Shown: piece by piece, positions 61,887 to 64,000 of the stretch
How the letters are laid out: each line of letters starts with the position of its first letter
How positions within the stretch are numbered: position 1 is the stretch's first letter
From: an uncultured Gemmataceae bacterium
GTDB lineage: Bacteria > Planctomycetota > Planctomycetia > Gemmatales > Gemmataceae
Assembly (NCBI GenBank): GCA_963750165.1
Contig: CAVVPN010000004.1
Coordinates: 768,001 to 832,000, forward strand
DNA length: 64,000 nt
Direction of reading: 5' to 3'
The notes under the pieces: generated by a model
The model's database searches: none
What the model saw: the letters and a program-made list of their open reading frames with translations, nothing else
What the model was told of the DNA's origin: nothing
Program-made: the position numbers and the translations under genes

Positions 61887-62766
61887 ACTTCGCGGTGATC
61901 TTCCGTACCTGCAGCCAGGCGGCGCAGCGCTCCGGCCACGTCGCGAACGCCATGCCCGGTCGTCCCAGGCCCAACCCGTGCGGCCCCTGCTCGTAGACGT
62001 GCAGCTCGCACGGCACCTTCGCCTTGTGCAGCGCCTGGTAGAACAGCAGGCTGTTCTCCGGCGGCACACCCCGATCCTCGCTCGTGTGGACCAGGAACGT
62101 CGGCGGCGTTTGCGCTGTCACCTGCTTCTCGTTGCACAGGCTCTCCACCAGTTTCGCGTCCGGGTTGTTGCCGAGCAGGTTGTTGCGCGATCCCACATGG
62201 GCGAACGGCCCCGTCAGCGTGATGACCGGGTAGACCAGCACCGCGAAGTCCGGCCGGCTGCTCAATCGGTCAATCGGATCCTTCGCGTCCTTGTCACCGG
62301 CGTCGAAGTGCGTTGCCGCCGTCGAGGCCAGATGGCCGCCCGCCGAGAAGCCGAGAATGCCCACCCGATTCGGGTCGATGTGCCACTCCTTCGCCTTCCT
62401 GCGCACCGTGCGGATGGCCCGCTGCGCGTCCTGCAGCGGCGCCGGGTGGCGGTAACGCGGCGCGTGCCGGTACTTCAAAATGACGCCAGCCACACCCAGC
62501 GAGTTCAACCATTTGGCGACATCGTGTCCTTCGTGGTTCATGGCCAGGCCGCCGTAGCCGCCGCCGGGGCAGATGACGACAGCGGCGCCCGTCGCCCTGT
62601 CCGCCGGGGGCAGATACACCGTCAACTCGGGGGTGTCGGCCGGGCCCTTGCCGACCGCGCCGGGGGCGCCGTCCGGCCACAGGGTCATCGGTTTCGGCTG
62701 CTGGGCGGCAACCGTCGGCGGGGCGAACAGGCAGAGCGACAACAGCAGCCAGCGTGCGGCGGTCAT
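61885..62766 (-). CDS. Exported alpha/beta hydrolase (acetylxylan esterase-like)
   Basis: PGGGY, GFSAGG, D..V and HGLG motifs. Confidence 0.9.
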   Translation of the reverse strand: MTAARWLLLSLCLFAPPTVAAQQPKPMTLWPDGAPGAVGKGPADTPELTVYLPPADRATGAAVVICPGGGYGGLAMNHEGHDVAKWLNSLGVAGVILKYRHAPRYRHPAPLQDAQRAIRTVRRKAKEWHIDPNRVGILGFSAGGHLASTAATHFDAGDKDAKDPIDRLSSRPDFAVLVYPVITLTGPFAHVGSRNNLLGNNPDAKLVESLCNEKQVTAQTPPTFLVHTSEDRGVPPENSLLFYQALHKAKVPCELHVYEQGPHGLGLGRPGMAFATWPERCAAWLQVRKITAK

Positions 62767-62923
62767 GGGGGGGTTCTCCGGTGGCGGGTGCGGATGGTCG
62801 GACTGCTGACGATTGTATGCCGCGGTCCCCCAGCGCCAGCGCGCGGCGCAAAAATAAGGCCAGGTCGGCGCTGTCCCCCAACAGGCAACCGACCTGGCGG
62901 CGGCGGACGTGAGCCCGCCGCGA

Positions 62924-63169
62924 TTACTTCGCGTCCCGGATTTCCATGCCCGCCGGCGGTGCTGGCTCCGCGAAGTTCAGTTCCGCCCCCAGCCGCTGCG
63001 CCATCTCATGGGCGTTGGCCGGCGTGACCTGATCCGGCAGGACCGGCGGCGGCGCCGGCCGCACCGCGGCCTTCTGCACCCCATCGGACTTCAGCACCTG
63101 ATGGGCCTCCGGCATGCAGCCGGCACCCAGCAGGCCGAACAAGAAAGAAGCCAGCAACATCCGTTTCAT
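62924..63169 (-). CDS. Small lipoprotein
   Basis: Lipobox LGAGC; GGAGG SD; ATGA overlap with the upstream gene. Confidence 0.75.
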   Translation of the reverse strand: MKRMLLASFLFGLLGAGCMPEAHQVLKSDGVQKAAVRPAPPPVLPDQVTPANAHEMAQRLGAELNFAEPAPPAGMEIRDAK

Positions 63170-63672
63170 CGACGGTCCTCCCGGGTCGGGGCCTGGCTCA
63201 CGGCGCTGCCGGACGGACGGCCCGCCGTGCCCGCGGTCAGCCGGCCGGCAGCGTCGCCAGGGCTCAGGCGGCCGGCCAGCGCCGCGTCGTCCGCGCTTAG
63301 CGGCAGCTGGGCGATGCGCTGCTGCAAGATGGCCTTCGCCTGCTCCCGCAACTGCTCCGCGCGGTGTTCCAGTTCGCCGTCCTGAGTGGCCTGGGCGATT
63401 TCGAGGAGTTTGTCACATACTTCCAACCGCCGCAGGTACGCCGCGGTTTCCTGTTTGAGCAGCAGCGCGTTATCGACCGGCGGCGCCTTGACCACAACCT
63501 TCGGCGCCGTCTTGGGCGGCACTGGCCGGTTGAACGGCCACAGGTTGGTGAACCAGTTTCCCTTACTTTGCTCCTTGGCCGGGCTCGCCGGCGGCGTCTC
63601 CTGGGCGGCGGCGACGGCACTGAGGCCGGCCAGGAGCGCCAGGGACAACGCCCAGGGTGCGCGGTGACACAT
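63166..63672 (-). CDS. Exported hypothetical helical protein
   Basis: GGAGG SD; signal peptide; YLRRL.VCDKL. Confidence 0.7.
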   Translation of the reverse strand: MCHRAPWALSLALLAGLSAVAAAQETPPASPAKEQSKGNWFTNLWPFNRPVPPKTAPKVVVKAPPVDNALLLKQETAAYLRRLEVCDKLLEIAQATQDGELEHRAEQLREQAKAILQQRIAQLPLSADDAALAGRLSPGDAAGRLTAGTAGRPSGSAVSQAPTREDRR

Positions 63673-63853
63673 GACTGCCTCCCGAAAGCCGCGGCCGACG
63701 GGCGTTCCCGGGCCAGGGCTCGTTCGCGTTGGTGGTGATTGAGAGGTGGTCGTATGCCAGAAAGCGGCCTGGCTGTAAAGGGCAATTTCTGGCCCGCCGC
63801 GCTGCCGCCGCATACAACCAACCGCAAGAACCCGTTTGCCAAAGGAGCATCCG

Positions 63854-64000
63854 ATGAAACTGCGCCTGACCCTGGTCCTGCTGTGCTGTGCCACAGCCAC
63901 CGCCGCCCACGCCCAGCCACCCGACGCGGCCCGCAAGGGCACCATCGCCTACGTCCAGAAGTTGCAGCAGAAGAACGGCGCGTTCCTGGCGGCCGAGCCC
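63854..64000 (+). CDS. Partial exported prenyltransferase/squalene-oxidase-repeat protein
   Basis: AAGGAG SD; signal peptide; TIAYVQKLQQKNGAF. Confidence 0.65.
   Translation, partial: MKLRLTLVLLCCATATAAHAQPPDAARKGTIAYVQKLQQKNGAFLAAEP

Overview
High-GC bacterial chromosomal window, most likely Planctomycetota (Gemmataceae-like). That call is inferred from the planctomycete cytochrome-c/WD40, PmoA-like and DUF4139 proteins and the repeat style. Housekeeping and metabolic genes (fabH, glcD/E/F, recG, otsA, queD) alternate with accessory blocks. The best candidate for an undescribed system is at 32089-36806: a signal-peptide-less thermolysin-like (M4/gluzincin) protease, a ComEC-type metallo-beta-lactamase-fold nuclease with large insertions and an alpha/beta hydrolase. 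It resembles a protease-activated effector (defence or cell-death) module and sits beside a lower-GC islet with a restriction-enzyme remnant. Other notable items: (1) two tandem exported Q/N/Y-plus-Gly/Met low-complexity proteins; (2) a Tpt1/KptA-like ADP-ribosyltransferase-fold ORF in the toxin slot of a decayed PemK/MazF-type TA locus, read in frame into a TMEM175 K+ channel; (3) a sterol-desaturase-WD40 fusion; (4) a GrpE-like plus degenerate Hsp70-like gene pair; (5) a mosaic triplet of DUF4140/DUF4139 genes; (6) many nested REP/MITE/short-tandem palindromes. About a dozen genes carry 1-2 nt frameshifts that look like systematic sequencing or assembly errors. No rRNA, intact tRNA, CRISPR array or transposase was seen. 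All family assignments come from motif recognition by eye, not from database searches.
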